Of a stretch of DNA of 64,000 nucleotides, positions 1-13,295 are shown piece by piece (the first letter of the stretch is position 1; every line of letters begins with the position of its first letter). A model generated the notes under the pieces. It was not told where the DNA came from. It ran no database searches and was given only the letters and a program-made list of their open reading frames with translations. The position numbers and the translations under genes were made by a program. The DNA lies in NCBI GenBank assembly GCA_965285935.1, contig OZ260663.1:81344001-81408000 (forward strand), in the 5' to 3' direction. The DNA is from Ophelia neglecta. Lineage: Eukaryota.

Positions 1-220
1 TCCACATCTAAAGGGTATCTTTGTTCCAATAGACAATTACGGGCCTTGCTAAGTGGCCACACCTAATCAATAAGTTGTTTGGACAATAATTATGTAGTAA
101 AGAGGAGTTAATTAGATATTGTGTTTAGTAATAAGACATATGAGGCGCTTAAACTCAGACGTGTGACCGCTTAACCACGTAGTTAAGACTTAACGCGGGG
201 AGTCGCCATGGAATTTAGAC

Positions 221-400
221 TAGGGGTGGAGGGGGAGCGGAGGGGTGGGGGGGGGGGCAGGCGTGCTCTAGTGGAGGGTTGGGGAGAGGATACCACATAC
301 ATGAATTGAAACCCGTTGTTTTCATTAAAGTTTGCGTTGTGATCCTACGATTGGACTGACCCCCCCCCCCCCCCGCACCCCGGCCCCGCCCCGCCGCCCA
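221..400. repeat. G-tract followed by C-tract low-complexity region (G-quadruplex-capable)
   Basis: Multiple GGG+ runs at 222-284, then a C15 run and C-rich repeats at 360-400. Confidence 0.7.
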
Positions 401-1443
401 CGTTATAATATAAAGTCCGCCCCTATGACTGCTGATGGCAGGAAGGAGAAGTCGGTTAGGCTATGCCAGGCACGACTTGCATGCAAATAGCCCAACTCTG
501 ACAATAGACTGGCTGATATTATATCAACTATAACATAAAGACTTTGCCACCCATTACAGACCGCCAATTCAGAGTGGGTACACCCTCATTGGCCGCTAAT
601 AGACACCGCTTCATGGCAGTTTGATGCTTGCCTGTGTTATTAAAACAAGGAATATAGAAGCCCCGTACTCGTTCTCCCTTGTTCTCAAAGTGAATCTATT
701 GACAAGAGGGAAAAACACATTTGCATGTAACCAGCGTGATTTTGTAGCCACGAATGCCGGGAATGGCCGAGCTTAACTTGCTCTAAGTAAGATATATCGG
801 TAGCTGGCGTGTGAAAGATGGAGGGACCGGGCCGGGTGAAGCAGCGTTTTGTAGTGTGATGCCTTTAATCAGAAAGAAATCCGTTTCACCGATTTGTTGC
901 AAGTGAGCTGATAGCCAAGAAACAGCAGCCTTGGCGAGATTAGACTAGAAAGAGAATCATCCAGCCAGACTATAAATAAATACTCGACCAACATTCTGAT
1001 TCTGTTTCCAGTGACGCAAACTGGGCCTAATGGAGACAACGCTAAGTGGAAATGTAGCGAGCGGGATTGGAAGCCTCTGAATTCTCCGTCAGCTTTATCG
1101 TCTGTCTTTTTGCAGGAAAGAGCACTTTATTGAAGGATATAAACGAGCTCTACTGGGTGAAAGGCGGATGTATACAGAAATATCGCAACCCACTATATCA
1201 GCAAGCTTCCGCTCTGCAGCAGTCCATCATCCTTGGCCTGAAGAGCATTTTGCCCGAGCCAGTCAGCCTTGACAGAACAACACTGGAAAACATCGCCGCG
1301 ACCAATCGGGCCGAGATTTGATGCCGTTGCCATTATGCCGGTAGACATGAACAGAATATCATTGGCCATAAAACAGCCACAATGAATGTTCAGAATGACA
1401 ACTATAAAAGGGGTATTAGGGTACTGAAGTGGATGGGACTTAC

Positions 1444-2148
1444 CGAGAAATCCGTTGGGTAGTTTAGAGTAGCCTGCTGACGGTGTGGCTAGCGAGCCCA
1501 CCCCTCCCATTGCCGAGCTGGCCAGCCCGTTTCTGTGGGCGGCAGGCCCGGCCATGGCTAAGGAGTTGCCCGACATCTGTCCTGTGCTGTTGCCCCCGCC
1601 GAGGGGATGTGAGAGCCCCGGGTAGTTGTAGCTGAGGCCGGCGTGCGACGAGGGGCTAGTGTAGGTACCGTTCATCCAGGGCTGAAAGCCGGGGTTGGTT
1701 GGCGAGGAGAAGGCCGTGTGTGTACCCATCTTGGTACCGCTGTGACTAGAGAGGCAGAGAGGCGACTTGCGCCCCATCGGAGGGGTGCTGGAAGTGGCCA
1801 CGTCGGCCAGCGACCATATCCGGGGCTTCTCGCTCAGGTGGTTAACCTGACCCACTTTTCCTACAGACGCCGACACCCCTCCTGGACCGGAAGCGTTAGA
1901 GTCCGTGTTTGAGCTGAGCGATGCGCATGCGCCGAGTCCTGGAGAGGTGCGGGAGGCCAGCGTGTGACTCTTTTGTAGGTGTGGGGAGAGCAGAGAGTCG
2001 GTGACTGAGCCGGGAGAGTCCAGCGGGGAGGAGAGGTGGGACTTCAAATCGAAACTATTGTCTTTTTTGTGCTCAATGTCCTCAAGAACTTTGGACGGAC
2101 CGTCGCGACTCAGGTCGGAGGCAGACAATAACGAATCGTTGTCATTTC
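1444..2148 (-). CDS. Irx: Irx-A coding exon 5 with IRO box (KPRIWSLADVAT)
   Basis: Acceptor atttttttcag in phase 1 joins exon 4 in frame with ORF 1193..2128. Canonical IRO box. Consensus donor G|GTAAGT at 1443. Downstream terminal exon not identified. Confidence 0.9.
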
Positions 2149-5100
2149 CTGAAAAAAATTAAAATAACAACATTAGAGATTTTACAACATATTTATAAAA
2201 ATAAACAATAGGCCTACATCAAAATTAATAACCGAGCACACGGATCCTCTTTCCAAGTGTGGACAAGCACGCTTGAATTATTTAAAATCAATGGTATTTT
2301 GACATAAAAATGGAAGCGGGGTCTTATTTTTAGGAGGAAATTTATGAAGCCTTTTACCACCTTTCGATCACTCCCTTATCGAATATTCTTAATTGATGTC
2401 AGCGGGGCTTCTATAGACCATAAATTTTCTATTACCATTAGGACAAAAGGTGGAAGCTCTCGTGGTATCATGGAATAGCTATACCATATAGATCATCGAA
2501 GTGGTTTGTTGCATAATTAACAATGAAAACACAACGTATCAATTTCACGTATTGAGCTAATGGTAATTAGTTAAGATTAGAATACAGCCCTATTGAGTAC
2601 TGTGTGTTAATTTATTGATTACAGTGGTGCCCCATAAAAGGTTCGAGTAACTTTGTAGAAATGAAATTTTCATGAAGTGCGTCTTTTTCTCGTTTACATC
2701 GGGCTGTCGACATATTTAAGTACATGACTTTTATTATAAATAGAATGTAACGTGATTATTTATTCATTTGGCTGGTCTCAGTACATCGATCATGTGAATC
2801 AGGCGTTTGTCTATACATACAATGCCGTTCACTTAAAACTTACACATCCGACAGGGCATCCATGATTCAAAACAGACTTAGTAATGTACAACAAGGAGTC
2901 TAACAAATATGGGTGTGTACTGTGTAGCCAACATCCGATATACATTTAATGAGACATCAAATAACAACTGAAAACCTATAAACTTCCCCAAGTCAAAGAA
3001 CAGGATGAACATTGACACAAGTCTTTTTCAAATCATTTTTTACAAATAGTGATATTTCTGTATTGTATGTTAGCTTATATTGACGACAAGCTATAGACAC
3101 TAGTGGGCAGGAATTATAAATTGTTGGCTTCAACTAGCCAAGTCATGTGCAACGATGTATACAATCTATATTGGATTTGTTTCAAATTATGAATTTACTA
3201 AGTTTATTTCAAACGTAGGACCTGTTTTTGTCTCCCTAAGTCGTAAGTTATAGTTTACCATCATGATGTTTATTTTTCCTGACGAGGTGAAGCAATGCTA
3301 TATTAAGAACTTGAGCAAGAGAAATATATATTTAGCCATTCAATGCAAATTTAATAAGGTAAAGATTGGGAGAAGTGTGCACATCTCCCACGATGAAGAC
3401 TAGTAAAGGATTAGGCGACAATCCCTTTACATTTAGTTCGCTTTTATTTTGTCATGTTTTCGCCCGATAAAATTGAACAAAGTACACGGAAAGAGCAATA
3501 AAAAGGCTTGGCAATCGAGCGGACAACCGCTGGACAAAGACGACTACATGATCAGCTCTTTGCTGCTACACCGCGGCGGGTGTAGTCCTTTCTCGCCAAA
3601 TACGACCGCTAAGTCCTCGAAAAAGCAAAAACTTGTCCACCCATCTAAACAGACGTTCCACATCAAAGCACCAGACGACACTGCTCCTCAGAAGCCAACA
3701 CCTTTAGTTGGTTTAGGATTCAAATTGTCCCTCATCGTGTTACTGGTAAATCCTCATATTGTCATTGCTTCAAGACAAGCAAATAGTGGAATAAGTCTAG
3801 TATTTGCTTTTCTCAATGAATTTTGTATGCTCAAGAAGTGACTTCTTCTCGATTTGCCTTTGAATGGAGCCGCCAATAAAGAAGTCAGGAAGGCCCTGAC
3901 CAGGCCACCCGCACACGAAACACCCGCCATTGAATGGAACATACAAAAAACATCAACATTACAAGTCTCATGACTGGGGCAGGATTTAGACTCGACAAGA
4001 GAACAGGAAATTTACCCCTAAATCGAATGAAGACACTTTACAACATTGCGGGTTAGTTTTGTCAATAAGAGGGACTTTCTTGTTGATCTAATCCGATGTT
4101 AACTAAATACATTCACATATCTCCAAACCAAAAAATATAATTGACATAAGAGTGCCTGATTTTATCTTGAAATTCTCCAAGAAGGCGTTGACATGAAAAT
4201 ATTTAATCAGAACTTATCGCATAAATTGAATTCAATTCATGAATGGTGAAATCGATGGGACATGACAATAATATCACCTGAAATGTGGAAATAAAAAGAT
4301 AAAAGTGGTTTCTATATTAGATAAATGAGTAATAGTAGTGTAATATTATTGAGAACGCCGGGGACCTGAAGCATATCGCATTGCCACGCAGGCAATCCAA
4401 TGTCCTGTGTTGTTCCCGCTCTGATCAGTTGCCTTCCATGTTTGAGCCCGCCATTTATACTGTTCTCCATGTCAATTATCAATTATATTAATCTAATTCA
4501 ATTGATCATTATTAATTGAGGATCGGCTTCTCGACTCGCATATGAATGGACGTCATGGCGGGCCGCCGATGTTGGCGAGGGCCTGGTAGTGTTAGCCTCT
4601 TTGGTGCACACATCTCACGCACATACGTGAAAGGAGTGGCATTTCAAAGCAAAAAATTAAATCAATCCACTGGATCAGACCAGATCATGAAATTCACAAC
4701 CGTTGATCATAAAAGAGCTGTTAAATCGAGACAGAGTCTATTGGTTCCTAGGTTTTCAACAAGCGATTCAGCAAGCGACATGTGCAGTTCGATGTACTGC
4801 CGTGTGAAGACAATATGGCGCCTTCTTTGAAAGGTCTGTCCCGCAGAAAGTCACTCGACTCGCCCAATGATCTGTCGCATGCGCTTAGCGGGGTATCACA
4901 ATTTAATCAAGCAAATTAGCGGCGGGTAAGCCCTAAAATATTTTATTTCGACACGGATGGGGGCATTGGTTGCTTTTAGAATGCAAACGGTGCCCAACAA
5001 AGAGGTCTTGTCGACCATTTGTCACAGTGTTTGGCATTCGCAGACGACAGCGACTTACAGAGTCACATAAATCAACGTACAACGGCTGACTGCATACACT

Positions 5101-5773
5101 GTCGTCTGCCAGTTTGTAGATGGCAAACCAGCAAACCAAACTTAATTAATAATTCAGACAGCTTATGTTAATTCGGTGAAAATAACAGCGGTCGTTGCTC
5201 TCCTAATCGTAGCATCTTCTGATTTATATTTCATAGGTCTAAAATCATTTCAATGTACAAATTTCCAAAAAGTCGGGAATAAAATACAAATTTATTTTGT
5301 TTCTCGCCATAGGGCTAGCTACAGTAGAATCATTGACCGAATGGATTGTTTTTATTTTCCATCAACATTCATGAAACATTAGAGATTATCCTCATGCTAT
5401 AAAAAAAATGATTCGATTTCGCTACTCAAACGAAAAAATCAACAATGATCATATCAAGAACAAAGTAGACCGCATCTGTCATAGCGAGGGCATTGGCAAA
5501 ACGAATACTGAAACCTATCATCGCTGAAAACAAACTGAACATGAAAAATATATATCACAGTCTTTCACTTTCACTAAAGTCAATCAACGGCATACGATAA
5601 ATTTGTTGGTGTAGACTATATTTTTTAATAATTGAAAGGGATCTTAATGAAGTTTGAGCTCTTTATTCGGAAACTAAATCAAGAGTGGACGTGAAGAGTA
5701 GACCGGCCACCTATAGTACATTTCAAGGTATTAATTTTAAACGGTCAATTGTCCGAACTCAAAGAACCGAATG

Positions 5774-5806
5774 TATATATATAAATATATATATATAAAT
5801 ATATAA

Positions 5807-5837
<31 letters not shown>
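5774..5837. repeat. (TA)n / TAAATA microsatellite in Irx-A intron 4
   Basis: Direct reading. Confidence 0.95.
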
Positions 5838-8800
5838 AGGCGATAGTGTGTGCAACCCTCACTTGGCCAAATGAGCAACATATGTGACACATCTTTGAGC
5901 TGATGTTGGGCGCATACCATGCTAAACGACAGTAGCCGCTTGACAAAATAGCCATTCACTCATAATTTAATGTCACCATGTCATGTTTTTGTTCCTGTCT
6001 AGCCTCCCTAAGAGTCGCCTTGTCTTCTAGCTAAGACACCTTCCTTTGATGTTTACACCATGTTCGAGAATGACTTTTAGCCGGGTCAAAAATCTTGACC
6101 ATCTGCTGGTTAATTTCGAATATATCATAGCAATTTTTCATTTTTTAATAGTTCAATTGATTCTAAGCAGAGGGTTTTTCCTGAACAATATCAATGAAGT
6201 GGAGTGAATTAAGAACATAGAAAACCTGTTAATAGCACGATAGGACATTATATATCTAATTATACCATAAAGGGAGAAATAACACTTCGACACCTTATCA
6301 ATAAGATGAGGAATGGCGCCCAGTTGTTTTTCATACTTTTCCTCAAAGGACACAGACTTGAGGCATATAACAATTATGCACGTCAAATGTTTACAAATGA
6401 TAGCCTGTGTGTGATGGTTAATGGCGGTGACCAATCAACCTATATTGGTTTTTTAGGTGCAGATATCGACAAGATGGTCTATTGATGATATTCTCAGAGC
6501 AAACTGACCATCATATGTATCGTCATTAAATCGCTATCATTGTGTAATTGATTCAATATTTCTAACGTGTAATTTAACTGTTACTGTTACTATCAGAACA
6601 ACTGTAGATATTTTAAAAACATGGCCATTTAAAAATTACATTAAATACCGTATCGCACGGTATAGCTTTGTTGCAATGTATACCCTACTATTCAACTTGG
6701 TATAAATTCAAAAGTCCCAAGGGTAGTTTCACATTTTCAGCCAGCTTTCAGAGGCCATTCCAGCCTTTTAATGTGAGATAGTCTTCATTTCCCGGCTATT
6801 TAGAGGCTGGTAATTTTATCCCTAGAGCAGGTGAAAAGTCTAAATACTGGTAATGTCTAAATTAGGCCTCCAGAATTTCGCTTTTCACCAGTATTATACT
6901 CTGTCTGAATGACAACACCTTTTATCTCTCATCTTAACCCACAGTCAATCCCAAGGGCATGAACCAAAAAATAATTTACCTTCATTATTTGCGCCTTCAT
7001 TTTACTAAGTGGGGAATGTGTTAACCGCGAATTAATTGCGAATTACAGGAATTAACAAATCTGGTCTTTAATGCTTTTCGGACAGAAGTGTCTAGGATGT
7101 GTGATTAAAAAAAATATTCAATTAATATGAACTATGATTTTTTGAGCTAAATGGGTCGTATGTCAATAATGAAAGATTAATTCCATTTGCGCCAGGGACG
7201 CTTATATCGTCAGAGCAGCTGTCATGCGCAATTACGACAAAACGTAAAACAAAAAATATTAAATCACTCGGTCGATCAACACCGTAGTACCTCTTCAAAC
7301 CTACAAGTATTATCTCTTTTTTTTACCTTAATTAATTCCAAGAGCTCTTTTGAGTTGAACAAATGCTAAGATAGTCCAATTAAGAAATGCAGCAATTGTT
7401 CTTCTGAGGAAGAGCGTACATATTATTTTTGAGAAGTACACGTGTACGATAGCGATAAGAACACCTGTATTTTGGTTCATATCCAATCACCTGACCATAG
7501 AAGCTGGGAATCATTGATGTTTGAGTCTTGACCAGTTTTAAACCAGGGTTTGAACTTGGATAATGTTCTCTTGAGCTATAAGACAGCGGTTTACCGCAGG
7601 CCGTCCTAAAATGCCCGGCGCCGGTGGCGGCGTTCCCGATCTCATTATGACAGTGGGGGTAGTGTAATTCTCCAGTTTACAGGGGTTCAATCTGCCCCGG
7701 GAGTGTCTCTTAAAGTGCCTGGCCTACGGGCCCTTCCCAGGGCGCTGATGATTAAAAAAAAATTCCCAGGTGCTGCAAAACAGCTATGAGTTACGGCCTA
7801 ACTCTGTCGAGGAGGACGCTCAATTCAATGATAAAGTTTCCCCCGCTATTGACTTGATTTTTTTCATTAAAATCTCCCCCAAGCGGGCCATTATGTCGCT
7901 TAAATATCATTTTCGCAAGCCCATTGATCTCCGTGCTAAACAGGATTTCATTAACATCACATTGAATGTTGTGGCTGTGGGTGCCAAGCGAACAAGGCTA
8001 CAATGCGTCATTATTTCCCGCTAGGCTCTCTTTTACGTAAACATTCAAAAATACTCGCCACTTTCTATGAATATCAACACGAAAGGTGCTTGTGCATTGT
8101 GAGAAATTAGACAACCTCGGCAGAGGGCAATGAAAATATTTAAGCAAGCGAACAAGTTAGAGATGAATAGCCTCTAATCCAGCGAGCGCATATGAAACAC
8201 TCCATTATCGAGCTCCTTTGTGCCCCGGAGTCAAACATTGTGGTGAAATCATTGCACATTAGTCGCCGCTAACCGAACAACAAAGCCGATATTTCAGCCA
8301 CACCACTTGCGAATTTAATTTCATTCAAATCTAGCCCGATGAGTTAACCTCCCAGACCGAGAACCTTGTCAATCGAGTGGAAAACGGAGTCGAGCAAGCG
8401 TGATGGATATCGCCTGAAATGTGTACATGTAATACAGGGCGCGGACAAGGAGTGAGGGCAGGACGCGCCAGTGTGTGCACGGAGACTGGGAACAGTGCAG
8501 CCGCCTGGCCTGATATTCAGGTAGGGCGATGTTACCGGGGGCTACACAGTCGGGCTCATGTGGATGTAGCCAAGTCTCCGGGGCGATGCAGACATAGCAC
8601 ACCTGTCCTTAGGTATCGCAGCACTGAGCAGACGACATCAGGCGACACTGGTGAATATCACCGGTCAACATTTAACCTGCCTCACGGTACACATCAACTT
8701 ATTGACCCAGACCTATCACCCCCGAGACGGGCACCAACTGACACTAGGACCACTCAATCTTATATCACCAGAACTATCGGCTTCACTGTGTGCAAATCAA

Positions 8801-9301
8801 ACTAAACATGGAGCCACTAATTCCTGAGCCAGCACAAGATTGTTAAATCTCGAGGGAAAATTACACCAGCTCATCTTAAAATGTCACTAAGCGATTTGCA
8901 TCCAGGCATTGCTCTTTCACAACGATAATAAGAGTTATTATCATCAGCCCAATCGAAACAATGGCATTTCTTTATTTCATTGGTGTACAATTCCTGTCAG
9001 ATTGGTAATAACTAAGTTTGTTTATGTAGATAAGAATTTTGCCCATCTCTCATCTGATAGTCTCCTGAATTATGCTTATTTGTGACATTAATGTAGTTTC
9101 TAATGAGCTAGAATTAGGCAAATCAAGGCAGATAAAGACGACGAAAAGCCAAATAGTATTCTATGGGCCTACCAAATCTACGCACTTTATTTTAGTCAGT
9201 ATATTCCGCCATCTAGGAAGACACAATAACACGAAAAGCGAGGCAAAAAGCCAAACATAAAATAAGCTACAAATGGAGAGGATAGATACCTTGAAACATA
9301 C

Positions 9302-9678
9302 CTCCGTCGACCACGATGTCCTCATCTTCGTCTCGCCGAATACGATCACCGTTATCTTTATTGTCATCATCGTTATTGTTCGTTTCTCTGTCTTTATTTT
9401 CACCCTCGCAATCCTCGTCTTCATCGTCCGAGCCCTTGTCGTCGTCCCCAGTTCGATTCCTCGGCGACCATTGCATTTTATTTTCTTTTTTCAGCCGCCG
9501 CCGAGCGTTAGCAAACCACGTGGACACTTGTGTAAGAGTCATTTTTGTAATAATGGCAAGCATTATTTTCTCGCCTTTTGTGGGATACGGGTTTTTGATG
9601 TGCTCGTATAGCCAAGCCTTTAGAGTGCTGGTCGATTCTCTCGTGGCGTTCTTCCGTCGTACGTCGAGCCCCCCGTAA
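9302..9678 (-). CDS. Irx: Irx-A coding exon 4: TALE homeodomain plus acidic region
   Basis: [64 protein letters not shown] is a diagnostic Iroquois homeodomain (PYP loop, WFAN). Acceptor tgtgttttcag, donor G|GTATGT. Confidence 0.97.
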
Positions 9679-10132
9679 CTGAAAACACAAAGAAGACCGT
9701 CAGTTAGGGACGGGGAGGGGAGGTTTGGTGTTGTAGGTGATATTGTTTGGCCGGTACACGCTCCAAATGGCTATCAAAGCAGACGGCAGGGGGTGGGGAT
9801 GAATAATGGGCAAATTTACTTGTTTACTGTGATAATCAACCGAAATAATGCTCCCCGGGTCTAAGATTTGTCCAACACACCGAGTTATTGTCACAATGTT
9901 TACTGTTGTCGTTTAATCTGTCGGTGAGACGTAGCCGTTTGTGTTTAACTTGCTGATTAAGGAAGTATCTCTGACCGATCTGGCCCAAAACTGGGCGATA
10001 TTACCGTATTAAACAACATCTAGGCCTACTACTACAGACACGATACAGTCCAATTCTAGTCTCACACGAAGGTGCGGGGTCCATTAATATTTAGCCTTAC
10101 TATACAAGTTAGAGCAGGTGAACGGGTCTTAC

Positions 10133-10227
10133 CTGGTTCCATAAGGGTAGCCTGCCATGTTGGTGGGGTCATATGGCCACCCTGCCGACTGCGAGAGGCT
10201 TCTCCAGGCTTCGGTATTCTCAGCTCC
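10133..10227 (-). CDS. Irx: Irx-A coding exon 3 (GAENTEAWRSLSQSAGWPYDPTNMAGYPYGT)
   Basis: Acceptor cacattttag, donor AG|GTAAGA, 95 nt, phase 0 to 2, which fits exon 4. PYDPT..YPY motif is shared with Irx-B exon 3. Confidence 0.88.
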
Positions 10228-11278
10228 CTAAAATGTGACAAATATATACTATAAATGTATAAATTATACATGTATATAATTATGAATTATATAGGCCTTT
10301 ATAGATCTACAACCAACTTATATAGAAATAAGATGGCTTGTCCCATATAACAACATGACCGATAGACTATATAATGTCTTTATTTTGAGGAAGTGGGCTG
10401 CCGGTTTGCGGTAATTTATCTTTTGGGGGTAACCGGAGCCGACCTGGGCCTAAGAGGGGGCTCGTTTCACGGGGACGCCTCACCGCCTGCACATACCTCC
10501 ACCGACCCCAGTCTCACGATCGCTCTCGGCATCCCTCACACAAACTCTGACCTCGGTAATTAAATTTTATCACCTAGGTCCGCCACGCAAGCTGCGATTG
10601 CTTCTCTCTCGGAGACATAAGGCACCGAGGTAATTTGGAGAGGGCCAACTTGTCAGGATAATTATATATCATCTAATTGACGTTAACCCTTCTGTCTTAA
10701 AACTGACATTTCGCCTCTTCCCCTCGTACAATCATGTCCGAGACGAAGCTGATGCGATCAAAACCAAATACGTGTCTAGCCGCAGACGACAACTTTAATT
10801 TCCGCGGTTTGAAGTTGAGCCACATATCCTCCGATCTCTTGCAGACGCACACCCAGATCTCGCGTGAAGTTTCTCAAATTAAACTGACAGCAATAAGACC
10901 ATCTGCTTGATATTACCGGCTTTGGATTTACTGGCCATCCCCGTCCTGGAGACACGTTCATACGTCTACTAATATGAGACACGGGCAGGAGATAATAATA
11001 TGATCGTACTGTCACCGTGGTATGCTCCTATAATCCCTTGCCTATATATATAGCTAGTAAGCTCAATATGAATTAGGCCTACTCCTCAAATATTTATTAA
11101 AATAATTTAGTGCGTGATATGGTTCAGAAAATAAAATATGGTTTATATATAGGCCTTGAATATGGTCTAATTAGTGAAACAAATAGCGTCATGGATTCCC
11201 CACCCAGAACGTGACTCTATGAGATGTTGTGACATCAGGTTTATGTGCTATAAGGGGGCAGGTAGCCCGATGACCTAC

Positions 11279-11509
11279 CAGAGGTGAGTAGAAGGCGGAG
11301 GGGTCAGCCCCGAAGGGCACGTAGCCCTGGGTGGCGTAGGCTGAGCTGTACATGGCATCGGGTAGCCCAGCTACCCGAGGGTAAGAGAGCAGGGCACTGG
11401 TACTGTACATGGTCTGGCCGGCGGTGGGGGGCTCGCTAGTGATCGCCCGCCCCGTCTCACAACAAGTGGTGGGTATAGAGGTGGCCAGGGAGGTCCCAGG
11501 TACCAGCAA
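11279..11509 (-). CDS. Irx: Irx-A coding exon 2 (LLVPG...TCCETGR...YVPFGADPSAFYSPL)
   Basis: Acceptor ttttgtttatttcag, donor CTG|GTAGGT, 231 nt. Contains the CCE-GR half of the Iro-A motif and the Irx-typical DPSAFY motif. Confidence 0.9.
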
Positions 11510-12603
11510 CTGAAATAAACAAAATGTTTCAATCAATACAGGCTCATTTGACAATCATGCAGGGTATTTGTAACTTAATATATTCCTATGTTTGAACATT
11601 TGATTATCAACAACACTCTTTCAATTAATGTGTATTAGTGGAAATATCAACTTAGCTCGAATCATGCCAGCAACCATATAGCTGCATGACCGTGTTAGCA
11701 TATTTTACGATTCTATGCACTCTATAGGTCACCTACACCATATATTAGATAAAATTCCGTAAATGGTTTTATTCTTATAAGGAATTTGAAGGGACATCTT
11801 TCTTATCAGCCTAAATGTGTATATGTGTCTATGTGATAAGAAAAGCTGCCATCTTCAAAGAAAATGTTCTTTTTATCAATTAAAATGAAAATGTGGAAAC
11901 GTCGAAGAGCACACTCCGAGTCATAAATCATCATCCGACGAGATGATTTTGGAAATAACAGTGGTGTTGGCCAATTTGGCATGACTCTGGTTTTTATATT
12001 ACCGTCTCGTCTGCCAATGATTGGCCTAACTATACCCGAGTATACTTAGGACAAGATAAATGGCCAAATTACATCTTAAACTTCATAAATCTAACAAAGC
12101 TTTTGCTGGCAGTGAAAAACATTTACACCTCGTTTCAGACTTGAACACTTCATCACGAGGTTCTCACCTGGACGCCAACACATTGCACTTTTAGCGAATC
12201 TTTATAAATTGCATGCTACGATGGTTACTGGTTTACGCTGTTTGCTTCAATTCAAGGCACTCAGTTCAAATTTGTTTGAAAAGAAAACATCTACACATGG
12301 AAGATGCTACAGTTGGCCTATCCAAAGTCTTGAGCGATGGAGATTACAGCATAGACAGTTATACACATGAATATCATATTATACACTGACGAGGCCGATC
12401 TTATCAACAAAATTTTAGTGAGGCGGTGGAGATATGACTAACACATTCTTTTAAGGCTGTTTGCCAAATTGCCCGCCGATAACTGGTGACAGTCGTGGAC
12501 TGCGGGCCTAAAGTTAATGACAGTTGGCAAAAGCAGACGACACTGCTCGGTATTTAGGTGCATTATGGCCTTTTTGGCGCAGAGACCACTGTAAAATACT
12601 GAC

Positions 12604-12669
12604 CTGCGAAGTTGTCAATGAAGAGGAAGCAGCGGATGGGTAAGTATATCCGAATTGAGGGTACGACAT
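12604..12669 (-). CDS. Irx: Iroquois homeobox gene A, coding exon 1 (MSYPQFGYTYPSAASSSLTTSQ)
   Basis: ATG at 12669. MSYPQFGY matches the Irx N-terminus (vertebrate IRX4 begins MSYPQFGY). Ends CAG|GTCAGT, phase 0. Not in the ORF track. Confidence 0.9.
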
Positions 12670-13030
12670 TGGTGGCCGGAACAATCCAGTAACAAGTCCC
12701 GCACAAAACAGCAGAAGTCAACCCTGGCAATTTCCAGACAGCACATGTATCAGAATGAAATCGGGGGTAAATCCTAGAAATATGTTAGAAAAGGAGCGTG
12801 TCGACAACCACTGAGTTGAAGTGATGTCACACTTGCTGAAACTGACCCCGTTTCACTGTCGGTTGATGTCGATGGAGCAGCTTTTCCACATGGTATGAGT
12901 TTCTGAATAGCCAGTTCCGTATTTTGGCAGTGAAGTGAATGTTTTCTTTTATGTACGACTCCCAGGTTTAGACTAGTCCGTGACCCCTGGCTAGCGACTC
13001 CTCGTGGCTAGCACCCACGTTGAAAACAGT

Positions 13031-13295
13031 GACTGACACTTCAACTATCAAAGCTCTGTATATATTTCTGCCCTCGGTCGGACTCGGCCATGTTGATAAT
13101 GTATTTGACATATAGCGATGTGAACTTGGTTGCGCCGATTCCTCCCGAATTATGAACTGCTTCGACATTGGCTGGAAGGCGGTACTTGACGGACAGGTGA
13201 CGATTTGTAAACACAGCGTTCATGTGCTGCGCGCAGAACGCCGTGCGCAGGTGTAGGCGGGCCAATCCCGCCTATCACAAGCCCCGCCTCCCCGC
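13031..13295 (-). promoter_or_regulatory. Putative Irx-A core/proximal promoter
   Basis: Minus-strand initiator TCAGTC (13036-13031, +1 about 13034) with TATATA starting 30 nt upstream (13064-13059). CCAAT boxes at about 13167-13171 and 13262-13266; GC boxes at about 13282-13296. Confidence 0.6.

Noticed and set aside
1193-1443. ORF-track extension of Irx-A exon 5 taken as the normal C-terminus
   Set aside because: A consensus G|GTAAGT donor lies at the position and phase matching Irx-B, and composition changes abruptly after it.
5737-5959. ORFs with YIYIYI runs
   Set aside because: Translation of a (TA)n microsatellite.
9273-9678. Plus-strand ORFs over the homeobox exons (also 43702-43977, 39582-40077, 46218-46505)
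   Set aside because: They are antisense shadows of real coding exons.
12968-13168. 66-aa minus ORF upstream of Irx-A as a uORF
   Set aside because: Its ATG overlaps a CCAAT box upstream of the predicted TSS (13034), so it is probably not in the mRNA.
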